A stretch of 64,000 bases of DNA from an uncultured Thermoleophilia bacterium (GTDB lineage: Bacteria > Actinomycetota > Thermoleophilia > UBA2241). Each line of letters opens with the position of its first letter. Positions within the stretch are counted from its first letter, which is position 1. This document shows positions 47,054 to 56,563 of the stretch, one piece after another. A program made the translations under genes and the position numbers. Location of the stretch: assembly GCA_963702475.1 (NCBI GenBank), contig CAVPCT010000004.1, positions 288,001-352,000 on the forward strand, read 5' to 3'. Under the pieces are notes generated by a model that was given only the letters and a program-made list of their open reading frames with translations, was not told the origin of the DNA and searched no databases.

Positions 47054-47191
47054 CGAAAGGCCGCTAGGCTCCGACGCGATGGCACTGGGCGATGCCGCGT
47101 GCCGCCACGGACAGATTCTCCCTGCGCCCCCGGCGGTCGGCCGCGACCGTTCATGAGCCTGCTCGTGTGCGTGGGGTGCCGAGGTCGACCC

Positions 47192-47230
47192 TTGACGCCC
47201 TCCGCACCGCGCGTATTATGAGCATATGCT
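47192..47230 (+). promoter_or_regulatory. Sigma70 promoter (TTGACG-N16-TATTAT) with AGCATATGCT operator copy 3
   Basis: 17-mer TATTATGAGCATATGCT identical to copy 2. Confidence 0.72.
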
Positions 47231-47309
47231 CTCTACAAAGCGCGTCCGGGGCGCCGTTCGTGACTCGTTGAACGACCGCCGGGCCGCTCAGGCAGATCGG
47301 AGGTCAGTT

Positions 47310-47975
47310 ATGCCGGCCGTGCAGCCTCACCGGAACGCGGGTTCTCTGGACGGCTTTGAGGTGGTGGTGCGCGACCCATGCTGCGTGCGCCACTTCCGCG
47401 ACGACGCGGTCCCTCGCGAGGACGTCGAGCACATGGTGGACCTCACACTGTGCGCGGCCAGTGCGTGTCCCACACAGACGTGGCGCTTCATAGCCGTCCA
47501 GAGTCGGAGTCTCATCCGCGACATGCAGGCGGCCGTGCTCAAGCGCTTCGAGGAGCTCGCGCTGAGGCCGGGGCTGGCTCTCCAGGAACACAAACGGATC
47601 GCGGCGCGTGCCCAGGCGCTGCTGTTCGCCAAGGCTCCGCTGTGCATCGCCGTGCTGTCGCTTCCCTCGAGCTCGCCGATGGAGGAGCTCCTGGAGCTGG
47701 CGGGCATGACCCGGGAGGAGATTGAGCGCCTCTGTGTACGTCCTGAGCTGCAGAGCGCCGGAGCCGCCGCTCAGCTGCTCACCTCCTCTGCCGCCGCCAT
47801 GGGGTACGCGGCCTGCTGGACGTGCGCTCCGGTCATCGCCGGAGAGCGGCTTGAGGAGCTTCTCGGCGTGGAGACGCCCGCACGGCTCGTGGCGCTCGTC
47901 GGCATCGGCCGGCCCGCTGAGCAGCCGACGGCGTCCAGGCGGCTGCCTCTGGAGCAGACGCTCGTCGTGTTGTGA
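47310..47975 (+). CDS. Nitroreductase-family flavoprotein
   Basis: VRHF...V, A.SAC..QTWRFI, QSAGAA...L..A.A.G...CW, GRPA. Confidence 0.8.
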   Translation: MPAVQPHRNAGSLDGFEVVVRDPCCVRHFRDDAVPREDVEHMVDLTLCAASACPTQTWRFIAVQSRSLIRDMQAAVLKRFEELALRPGLALQEHKRIAARAQALLFAKAPLCIAVLSLPSSSPMEELLELAGMTREEIERLCVRPELQSAGAAAQLLTSSAAAMGYAACWTCAPVIAGERLEELLGVETPARLVALVGIGRPAEQPTASRRLPLEQTLVVL

Positions 47976-48050
47976 TCACGGCGATGGCCCCTCGCGACGG
48001 GGTCGGCGGGCCTCACGGCTGGAGTGCCACTGGAGTGGCTATTGAATACG

Positions 48051-48087
48051 TGCCGGCGGCGTCCCCGACTGAGGGGCGCCGCCGGCA
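48051..48087. terminator. Hairpin between the nitroreductase gene and the end of the hdr/qmo-like operon
   Basis: TGCCGGCGGCG(T)CCCC-N6-GGGGCGCCGCCGGCA. Confidence 0.6.
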
Positions 48088-48113
48088 TCGTCGTACGGGG
48101 TCTGCAGGTGGCC

Positions 48114-49259
48114 TCAGGCCGTTTCGGCCGCCGCCTTGCGGGCCTTCTCGGCTTGCGTCGCGGCCGCGACCTCGGCGTGCTGCTGCACCTTGGTGAAGTA
48201 GACGGCCAGCGGCCGGTAGGCGAGGTGCGCCCACTTGCCGAACGGCACCTCGAGCACCAGCATCGGCACCACGCCCATCAGGTGGATGATGTACATCACG
48301 TTGGCCGCCTCGTCGGCGCCGGAGCGGTGCAGGATGTTCTGCATCACGCCGGTCACCGCGACCCACAGCAGCAGGTAGAGGAACATCCAGTCGCTCTCGT
48401 GCGAGTGCTGGTGCTGCGGCGAGTCCTTCCTGATCCGCCCGCGGAGGTTGATGATCACCGCCGCGATGAGTCCGACGGAGGCGAGGTAGCCGAACGCGTG
48501 TACGCGCCAGTCGATGTTGGGTCCGGACTGCATCTGGTACAGGAAGAACATGATCAGGATCAGCATCGTGACGTAGCTCAGCATCAGCGCCATATGGATC
48601 GCCCACGGGCGCTTGCGCTCGCACTGGCGCATCTTGGCCTGCGCGAAGAAGTGGTACGGGAGCTGCGGCAGCGCCGCGAGGTAGGACCCCATGCCGGCAC
48701 CCTTGCCGCCCATCGTGAAGTGCCACATGCGCAGGATGTTGATGCCCAGCAGGATCACCAGGACTATGGCCATGGCCCAGTCGAAGCGGTGGACCCAGTG
48801 CGCCGGGAGGAAGGCGTCCTCGCCGTCGTACACACTGAAGCTGCCGCCGTTGAGGATGCCGAACAGGATGAAGCCGATCGCGGTCAGCGCCGCGGCGATG
48901 AAGATCGCGATGACCTCCCAGGCCGGCGAGCGGTAGAAGAGGCCGCTGAGGCCGCTGAAGTCGTACTTGCTGGTGAGCCAGCGGCGCGCGCTCATCATGG
49001 TCTCGCCGGGCTCGGCCTCCTTGGGGCACTGCTCCGAGCACTCGCCGCAGTAGTAGCACATCCACGGCTCGGTCTGGCTCTTGAGCTTGTCCTCCAGGCC
49101 GAGCTGCAGGGCGTGCATGGTCCGCCGCGGGATGACGGTGCTGCCCTCCGAGTGCACGCATACGGCCGAGCAGTTGCCGCAGTTGAAGCACTTGTTGACG
49201 CTGTCGCCGCCATACGCGCGGAGCTCGTCGGCAAGGCCGGGTTTGATTGTCGACGCCAT
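48114..49259 (-). CDS. QmoC-like protein: HdrC-type 2x[4Fe-4S] domain plus multi-TM cytochrome b-like membrane domain
   Basis: CFNCGNCSAVC, PWMCYYCGECSEQCP; several TMs with His; HSHESDW, EVPFGKWAHLAYRP. Confidence 0.82.
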   Translation of the reverse strand: MASTIKPGLADELRAYGGDSVNKCFNCGNCSAVCVHSEGSTVIPRRTMHALQLGLEDKLKSQTEPWMCYYCGECSEQCPKEAEPGETMMSARRWLTSKYDFSGLSGLFYRSPAWEVIAIFIAAALTAIGFILFGILNGGSFSVYDGEDAFLPAHWVHRFDWAMAIVLVILLGINILRMWHFTMGGKGAGMGSYLAALPQLPYHFFAQAKMRQCERKRPWAIHMALMLSYVTMLILIMFFLYQMQSGPNIDWRVHAFGYLASVGLIAAVIINLRGRIRKDSPQHQHSHESDWMFLYLLLWVAVTGVMQNILHRSGADEAANVMYIIHLMGVVPMLVLEVPFGKWAHLAYRPLAVYFTKVQQHAEVAAATQAEKARKAAAETA

Positions 49260-49269
49260 GCCCGCAGCC

Positions 49270-49752
49270 TCAGATGAACAGGTTGACGTTGGCCTCGTCG
49301 GCCTTGCCGAGGTAGGCGGCGACGCCCTCGAACTCGACGCCGTCGATGAGCTCCTCCGGCTTGAAGCCGAGGATGTCCATGGACAGCGTGCAGGCGACGA
49401 ACTTGACGTCCAGTTCACGAGCGCTGTCGAAGAGCTCCTCCAGCGACATGCCGCCGGCTGCCTTGGTGGCCTTGCGCATCATCGGGGCGCCCATGCCGAC
49501 CATGTTCATCTTAGAGAGCCCGAGCTTCTTGGTGCCCTTGGGCATCATGCCGCCGAACATCTTCTGCAGCGTGCTCTTCTGCGAGCCGCCGTTCTGCTTC
49601 TCTGTCTTGCGCAAGATGTTGAGGCCCCAGAAGGTGCAGAAGATCGTGACGTCGTCGCCCATTGCGGCGGCGCCGTTGGCGATGATCAGCGCCGCCATGA
49701 CGCGATCGAAGTCGCCGCTGAACAGGATGATGGTCTTCTTGGTGGTGTCCAT
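49270..49752 (-). CDS. DsrE/DrsH-like (DsrE2-type) sulfurtransferase
   Basis: FSGDFD...IIANGAAAMG, FCTFWGLNILRK, LSKMNM.GMG, VACTLSMD..G, NLFI. Confidence 0.9.
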   Translation of the reverse strand: MDTTKKTIILFSGDFDRVMAALIIANGAAAMGDDVTIFCTFWGLNILRKTEKQNGGSQKSTLQKMFGGMMPKGTKKLGLSKMNMVGMGAPMMRKATKAAGGMSLEELFDSARELDVKFVACTLSMDILGFKPEELIDGVEFEGVAAYLGKADEANVNLFI

Positions 49753-50036
49753 CAGGAACCCTCTCTCTGGACGGCTTGGTAGGGGAAATAGCCCTCGTCG
49801 TCGACTTCCTTGATCTCCATTATCCAGCCGTACTTGCGCAGGCCCATGACCCAGAAGGTGACCTCCCGGGTGGGCTTGCCCACGGCGGCGGCGATCTGCG
49901 GGATGGTCATGGGGCCGTCGGCCAGGGTGGCGAGGATCTGACGACGCATCGCCTGCTCGTCCCTGATGACCTCGCGCACGGGGCGCATGGCCGGGGCGAC
50001 GGTGGCGTCCACGGCGCCCGGAACAGCGGTGCTCAC
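49752..50036 (-). CDS. Small winged-HTH protein
   Basis: IL..L.DGPMTIPQIA..VG....V...MGLRKYG; overlaps both neighbours. Confidence 0.75.
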   Translation of the reverse strand: MSTAVPGAVDATVAPAMRPVREVIRDEQAMRRQILATLADGPMTIPQIAAAVGKPTREVTFWVMGLRKYGWIMEIKEVDDEGYFPYQAVQREGS

Positions 50037-51770
50037 TGGCACACCACCTCCATCATGCCGTCGATCATGCTCTTGATCTGGGCGTCGGTGTAGCCCTGCA
50101 GGTCGATGGCGTCGGACGGGCACACCGGTACGCAGCCGCCGCAGCCCTTGCAGGCCGTCTTGCAGATCGCGGCGATCTCCTTGCCGTCGAGCGGGACCTT
50201 GGTGATCGCGTCGTAAGGGCAGGTGAACTCGCAGGCGCCGCACCAGGTGCAGGCGCCGTCGTCCACGGTCGCGACCAGCGGGTCGAGCTCGGCGTAGCCG
50301 CGCTTGAGGATGGCCGCGCTCTGCGTGACGGCGGCGAGGCCGGAGGCCACGGCCTCGGACGAGGTACGCGGTGCCTGGCAGGCGCCGCAGATGTAGGCGC
50401 CGTCCACGACGGTCTCCACCGGGCGGAGCTTGGGGTGGATCTCGTTGTAGAAGCCGCTCTGGCCGATGGGGAGCTTGAGCGCCTTGGTCAGGCCCTCGTT
50501 CTCGCGCGGCACCATGCCGGTGACCAGCACGACGAGGTCGGCCGTGAGCGCGACCTCTTCGCCCTCGCTCAGGAGGTCGCGGGCCGTGACGGTCACGCCG
50601 CCCTTGGCTGCCTTCTCGATCGTCGGCGGCTCGTCGTCGGGGAACTTGATGAACGCCGAGCCCTTCTCCAGCGCCTCGGCGTACAGGAGCTCGTACTTAC
50701 CGTAGGTGCGGATGTCGCGGTAGAAGTGGTACTGGTGCACGCGGCCGGGCAGGTCGGCGACCAGGGTCGCCGTGTGCACGGCCGAGGTGCAGCAGTAGCG
50801 GGAGCAGTAGGTGTTGCCGCCCTCCACGTCCTCTCCTTGCCGGGAGCCGACGCAGTAGATGTAGGCGACGGTGTTGACCGGGCGGCCGCTGTGCTTCAAG
50901 GGGCCGCCCGCCTCCACCATCTTCTTGAACTCGGCGATGGTGACGACGCCGTCAAGGCCCCAGCCCAGCTCGCCGTCGGCCGGCTGGTACGCGTCCGCGC
51001 CGGTGGCGATGACGATGGAGCCGACGTCGACCTGGATGGTCTCGAGCTGCTCGCCGTTGTGCACGCCGAGCGTGACCTGGTAGTTGCCGAAGCTGCCCGC
51101 CTTGGCGATCAGCTCGGCCTGCGTGAACACGGTGATGGCCGGGTGGCTGCGGACCTTGTCCTCCAGCTCCGCGATGAGCGCCACGCCGTTGCGGCCGTGC
51201 GGGAACATGTCCCGGAACTGGCCGACCCAGCCGCCGAGCATGGCCTCCTTCTCGATGAGGAAGACCTGGAGGCCGATCTCGGCGAGGCCGAGGGCGGCGC
51301 GCAGGCCGGTGACGCCGCCGCCCACCACGAGGCTCTCCGGCGTCGTCTCGACGACGATCGGCTCGAGCGGCTCGGTGAGGCGGGTGCGGTTGATGCCGGC
51401 GCGCACGAGGCGCAGGGCCTTCTCGGTGGCGCCGGCGTGGTCGTCGGTGTGCGTCCACGAGCACTGCTCGCGCACGTTCACCTGCGTGTACTGGAACGGG
51501 TTCATGCCGGCGCGCTTGGCGACGTCACGGAACGTGTAGGTGTGCAGCTTGGGCGAGCAGGAGGCGATGACGAGCCCGTCCAGGCCCTGCTCGTGTGCGT
51601 CGTCGATGATCTCGCTCTGGGTGGCGTCGGAGCAGGTGAACATGGCCGTCTTGGCGACGGTCACGCCCTCTCTCCTTCTCGACGCCGGCGACGACCTCGT
51701 CGACGTTCACGTAGTCGCCGATGTTGCCGCCGCACTGGCAGACGTAGACGCCGATCTTCCTGGCGCTCAT
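50033..51770 (-). CDS. hdrA: HdrA/QmoB-like FAD/Fe-S protein (frameshift ~51670)
   Basis: VYVCQCGGNI, MFTCS, ASCSPKLH, NVREQCSW, GGGVTG, CVGSR...YCSRYCC, EIHPKLRPV, C-terminal 2x[4Fe-4S]. Confidence 0.85.
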
Positions 51771-54539
51771 GAGGCCACCTTCACTTCCTGCGCCTCGGGC
51801 ACGCTCGCCGTGGCGCCGGCCTCTTTGGCCTTCGCCTTCTCGATGTGCGCCGCCGCCTGCGCCACCGCGGCGCCGGCGTGGAGGATCGAGTCGGGGATGT
51901 CCTTGACGCCCGAGGCCGAGCCGGCCACGAACACGCCGGGCAGGTTGGTACGGCCGGGGTCCATGTCGTCGTCGGCCTCGCCGACCCAGGCGAACTCGTC
52001 CAGGGCCAGGCGGCCCTCGTCGAACAGCTTGGTGACCTCGAGGTTCGGGCGCACGCCTGTGGCCAGCACGACCATGTCGTACTCGGCCTCGACGATGCCG
52101 CCGTCGCCCTCGACGTCCTCGTAGCGGACGACGAGGTTGCCGTTCTCGAGCTCGCTGATCTTGGCGACGCGGCCCTTGATGAACATGGCGCCCATGTCTT
52201 TGGCCTGCGTGTAGAACTCGTCGTAGCCCTTGCCCACGGCGCGCACGTCCATGTAGTGGACGGTCACGTCGGCCAGCGGCAGGGCGCCCATGACGAGCTG
52301 GTTGTGCTTGACGGAGTACATGCAGCAGATGCGCGAGCACAGCGGGTTGTCCACGTGTGCGTCGCGCGAGCCGGTGCAGAGGATGTAGGCGATGCTGTCC
52401 GGCACCTTGCCGTCGCCGGGGCGCACCACCGCGTTGAACGGGCGCGTGGGGGCGAGCAGGCGGTCCATCTGCATGCCGGTGATGACGTTGGCGAACTTGC
52501 CGTAGCCGTACTCCGGCTTGGCGTCCGCGGGGAACAGGGTGTAGCCGGTGGCGAGGACGACCGGCCGCGGCCTCGACCTCGATGTCCTCGCCCTGCTGGC
52601 TGAAGTCGATGCAGTCGGCGGGGCAGATGTCCACGCAGGCGTGGCACTCGGAGCACACGCCGCAGTCCAGGCAGCGGGCCGAGCCGAGGAAGGCCTCGTC
52701 TTCGCTCATCGGACCCTCGGTCTCGCGGAAGTCGGTCGGCGAGGCGCTCATCACGGCGTGCGCTCTCGAGGGGCTCGCGCCGGTCGTAGACGTCCTGGCG
52801 CGCCAGCACCTTCTTCTTGTCCGCCACCGGCAGGTGCTCGTCGAAGAGGGCCGGCGTCCAGGGCCTCGCCCTGCAGGTAGCGGTCGATCATGAAGGCGGC
52901 GCGCCGGCCCTGGCCGACGGCCGTGGTGATCATGCTGGGGCCGGTGACGACGTCGCCGGCGGCGAAGACGTGCGGCACCGCCGTCTGGCACGTGCCGGCG
53001 TCGGCCTTGAGCGTGCGGTTCGGGTTGGTCTCGAGACCGAAGCTCTCGGTGTCGGCGCCCATGCCGGCGGCGACGATGACGACGTCGCACTCGACGGTCT
53101 GCTGCTTGCTCTCGTCGTACTCCGGGGCGAAGCGGCCCTCGGGGTCGAACACGCAGGTGCAGACCTTGAGCTCGGCGCTCTGCACGGGGCCGCCACCGGT
53201 GAAATGGTTCACGCCCCAGCCGTCGTGCAGGACGATGCCCTCCTCCTTGGCCTCTTTGACCTCGAAGTCGTGGGCGGGCATGTCTTCGCAGCACTCGAGG
53301 CTGGCCTGGTGCACATCGGCGGCGCCGAGGCGGCGGGCCGTGCGGGCGGCGTCGATGGCCACGTTGCCGCCGCCCACCACGAGCACCTTCTTGCCGGCCG
53401 AGCTCGACGTCCTTGCCGAGCTTGACGTCGGCGAGGAAGGTGAGGGCGCTCTGGACGCCGCCCTTCTCCTCGCCGGGGACGTTGAGGCGCACGGCGCGGT
53501 GCGTGCCCGTCGCGACGAGCACGGCGTCGAAGCCTCCTGCTGAGCGCGGCCACGATCGTCGACAGCGTGCCGGTCTCGATCTCGACGCCGATGCGCGGTG
53601 ACGTTGGTGACGTCGTCGTCGACGACGTCGTTGGGCAGGCGGTAGGCGGGGATGCCGAGCGCAGCAAGCCGCCGGCCGCGCGCGGCCTTCTCGAGGATCT
53701 TGACGCCGTAGCCCTTGCGGGCGAGCTGGCGGGCGGCGGTGAGGCCGGCCGGGCCCGAGCCCACGACGGCGACCTTCTTGCCGTTCTGCTCGGGCTTCTC
53801 TACGGCGCTTGGTGTCGCCGAGTCCGTAGTGCGTGTCGGCGATGAACCGCTTCAGGCGGCGGATGGGCAGCGGCGCCTTCGAGCTCGCCGCGCGTGCACT
53901 GCTCCTCGCACGGCGCGTAGCAGGCGCGCCCGAGGGAGCCGACCAGCGGCGTCGTCTCCAGGACCAGGTCGAAGGCCTGCTCGTACTCGCCGCTCCGCAC
54001 GCGCGCCACGTAGCCGTGTGCCTTGATGCCCGCAGGGCACTCGTAGCTACACGGCGACACGCCCTCGCGGGTGATGACGGCTTTCTTGGGCACCGCCTGC
54101 GGAAAGGCGATGTAGGCCGCGCGGCGGGAGACCATGTCGGCGTTGAACTCGTCCGGCACGGCCACGTTGCAGGCCATCTCGCACTGGCGGCAGCCGGTGC
54201 AGGCGGCCTCGTCGATGAACTTGGGGTTCTGGCGCACGGTGGCGTGGTAGCCGCCGTTGCCGTCGCTGCGGATGTCCTCGACCTGGGCGTAGGTGAGCAC
54301 GTCGATGTTGGGGTGGTGGGTGGTGGCGCCCATCTTGGGGGTGGAGATGCAGCTGGCGCAGTCGAGCGTCGGGAAGACCTTGCTGAGCAGGATCATCTTG
54401 CCGCCGACGCTGGGCTCCTTCTCGACAACGAGCACCTTGTAGCCCATGTCGCCGAGCTTGAGCGCCGACTCCATGCCGCCGATGCCGCTGCCGACCACGA
54501 GGGCGTCGTACTTGAGCGGTGCCGTTCGACGCCGCTCAT
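51767..54539 (-). CDS. Large HdrA/HdrL-like flavoprotein with inserted GltD-like pyridine-nucleotide oxidoreductase module (many frameshifts)
   Basis: GSGIGG, SKVFPTLDCASC, CTGCRQC, FPQAVP, CP..I, LGRAC.APCE..C.R, GSGPAG, GGGNVAID, FAAGD, RCLDCGVCSEC, CTGSRD...CSRICCMYS, KDIPDS. Confidence 0.8.
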
Positions 54540-54977
54540 GCCGCCGCCTTCTCCGGCCTGGACGGTCCGAGGCCGGCCAGGGCCGCGCGTACTCGTGCAT
54601 GTAGTTGGTGAAGGGCTCCGCGCACACGGAGCAGATCGCGGCCATGCGCACGCGCTGGGGCTCGTAGCCGTGCTCGATGAGCAGCTCCTGCGCGTCGGTC
54701 ATGATGCCGGCCGTGCGCTCGCCGCAGTCGGGCAGGTACGCGCACTCCTCGCCGTCGGCGGCGATGAAGACGCCGTCGAAGCCCTGCTGCATCGCGTAGA
54801 GGATCCAGCTCGGCTTGATGGCGCTGCTGCACGGAGGCTGATGACGTTGACCGTGGGCGAGTAGTGCATGTGCGAGCTGCCCGCGAGGTCGATGCCCGGG
54901 TCGGAGATGTTGTTGGTGCTGAAGACCAGGATGCGCGGGGCGTAGCCCTGGCCTTCGGATGCCTCAGCCGCGGCCAT
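54536..54977 (-). CDS. MvhD/FlpD-like hydrogenase iron-sulfur subunit (frameshifts ~54835 and ~54585)
   Basis: PRILVF...DLAG....Y....I.LPCS..I.P.WI..A...GFDGVFI...EC.Y...R..A..L...G..PQRV. Confidence 0.8.
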
Positions 54978-54979
54978 CG

Positions 54980-55231
54980 TCACTTCATCTTCTTGACGAA
55001 GAGGCGCATGTAGCCGGGCTCCTCGATCACGCCGAGGTACTCGTGACCCATCTTCTTGGACCACGCGGGGAGGTCCTTGGTGGTGCCGCTGTCGGTGGCC
55101 TGGACTTCCATGATGCCGCCCACGGAGACGCTCGGGATGCCCTTCTTGGCGGCCAGGATCGGGCCGGGGCATGAGGTGCCGCGGGCGTCGACGATCTTCT
55201 CTACCGGCAGGTTGGCGAGATCTTCAGACAT
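54980..55231 (-). CDS. tusA: TusA-family sulfur carrier (2)
   Basis: VDARGTSCPGP...ATDSG..DLPAW...GHEYLG; AAGGAG RBS. Confidence 0.9.
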   Translation of the reverse strand: MSEDLANLPVEKIVDARGTSCPGPILAAKKGIPSVSVGGIMEVQATDSGTTKDLPAWSKKMGHEYLGVIEEPGYMRLFVKKMK

Positions 55232-55788
55232 GACGCACTCCTTTGTGTTTGTGACTGCTTTCTCAAGCTTGAGCCGCACTGGTCCGCTTCGTGAGCCTGC
55301 GGCTGGTGCCCGGGTCGTGCGGTACTGCTGTGGTGCTCAGGCGCTCGCGGCTCTCGGCGCCTCGGACGGCGCGTCGGCGGTGTCTGCGCGCCGGCCGGCT
55401 CCGTGCCGATGCGGAGGAGGTCCGCGGCCTGCAGCGACTCACCCTGCTCCAGGTACTGCTCCACCAGCGCCTGACGGATGAGCTCGCACGCCTGGATGAA
55501 CTTCTGGTTGGTGACGCGGTAGTAGACGGTCTGCGCCTCCTTGCGAGAGGCGACGAGCCGGCGCTCCTTCAGCACCCGCAGGTGCTGCGACACGTTGTGC
55601 ACCGAGATGCCGATCTCGGCGGCGAGGTCGCCGACGCACTTCTCGCCGTCGCCGATGGCGTGCAGGAGCGCCTGACGGTGCTCGTTGGCCAAGGCCTTGC
55701 ACAACTCGGCGTGCATGTGGAAGACGGCGCTCACGTCGGGAGTCGCAGCCTGTGGCGAAGGGGCGGTGCTGGGGGCGTCTGCGTCCAT
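55201..55788 (-). CDS. ArsR/SmtB-family regulator (3); 3' end probably extended by an indel (likely true stop ~55340)
   Basis: HAELCKALAN..R, EKCVGDLA, NVSQHL..LK, QACELIR. Confidence 0.85.
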   Translation of the reverse strand: MDADAPSTAPSPQAATPDVSAVFHMHAELCKALANEHRQALLHAIGDGEKCVGDLAAEIGISVHNVSQHLRVLKERRLVASRKEAQTVYYRVTNQKFIQACELIRQALVEQYLEQGESLQAADLLRIGTEPAGAQTPPTRRPRRREPRAPEHHSSTARPGHQPQAHEADQCGSSLRKQSQTQRSASCLKISPTCR

Positions 55789-55814
55789 TGGCTCCTTTGC
55801 TGTGTGCGTCCTCG

Positions 55815-55860
55815 CGTATTTGCGAACTTTCTTATATACGCTACTCCGGAAGGGAGTCAA
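55815..55860 (-). promoter_or_regulatory. Promoter/operator of the arsR(3)-hdr operon
   Basis: Minus strand TTGACT...TATATAAGAAAGTTCGCAAATA; 11/12 match to the 40185-40196 site. Confidence 0.5.
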
Positions 55861-55946
55861 GTGCAAGCCTTCACAAGACATCGTGCGGGCGGTCGTCACG
55901 TCGCCGGCGAAAGGCCCGACGGACGTGCGTGTGGTAGGGTGCCCCC

Positions 55947-56483
55947 ATGACTGTGAGCACGTTCGAAGGCAAGTCGCCGGTCATCGGCGAGGGCTCCTGG
56001 GTCCACCCCAAGGCCGAGGTCATCGGCGACGTCACGATCGGTGCCCGCTGCTGGATCGGGCCGGGCGCCAGCGTCCGCGGCGACTACGGCACCGTGGTCA
56101 TCGGCGACTGCTGCGCTGTGGAGGACAACTGCGTCGTCCACGCGCGCCCCGGCGAGAAGTGCACCATCGGCTCCTGGGTCACCCTGGGTCACGGCTGCGT
56201 GGTCCACGGCGTCGTGATGCTCGGCGACTACGCCGTGGTGGGCATGAACGCCGTGGTCAGCGACTACGCCCAGGTCGGCGAGTGGGGCATGGTGGCCGAG
56301 GGCGCCGTCGTGCCGCAGGGCGCGGTGGTGCCGGGCGGGCGGGTGGCCGCCGGCGTGCCCGCGCGCCTGCTCGACCGCGAGGTCGATGAGGAGTACCGCG
56401 AGGTCTGGCGCGGCTTCAAGCAGATCTACGTGGGGCTCTGCGACCGGTATCGCGCAGGCTACTCGCCGGTCGACGAGACCTGA
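55947..56483 (+). CDS. Gamma-carbonic-anhydrase-like hexapeptide-repeat protein
   Basis: VHP.A.VIGDV.IG, VRGD, VEDNCVVH, GHGCVVHG, GVPAR. Confidence 0.9.
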   Translation: MTVSTFEGKSPVIGEGSWVHPKAEVIGDVTIGARCWIGPGASVRGDYGTVVIGDCCAVEDNCVVHARPGEKCTIGSWVTLGHGCVVHGVVMLGDYAVVGMNAVVSDYAQVGEWGMVAEGAVVPQGAVVPGGRVAAGVPARLLDREVDEEYREVWRGFKQIYVGLCDRYRAGYSPVDET

Positions 56484-56563
56484 CGAGGCTCCCCGCGCGA
56501 CGCCGTCGCGCCGTTCCCTCGCTCAGATGAACCGGCGCCGCGCCGGCTGAGTCGCGGCCGTCA

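Noticed and set aside
48114-54977. hdrA/mvhD as evidence of methanogenesis or sulfate reduction
   Set aside because: No hdrB, mcr, aprAB, sat or dsrAB in the window; family labels alone do not establish the pathway.
41425-55231. Further Sec codons in HdrA, TusA, DsrE or MvhD
   Set aside because: The catalytic positions read as Cys codons, and the ORF breaks are frameshifts, not in-frame UGA.
55262-55273. Perfect palindrome CTCAAGCTTGAG upstream of tusA(2)
   Set aside because: Single copy with no clear promoter context; cannot be supported as an operator.
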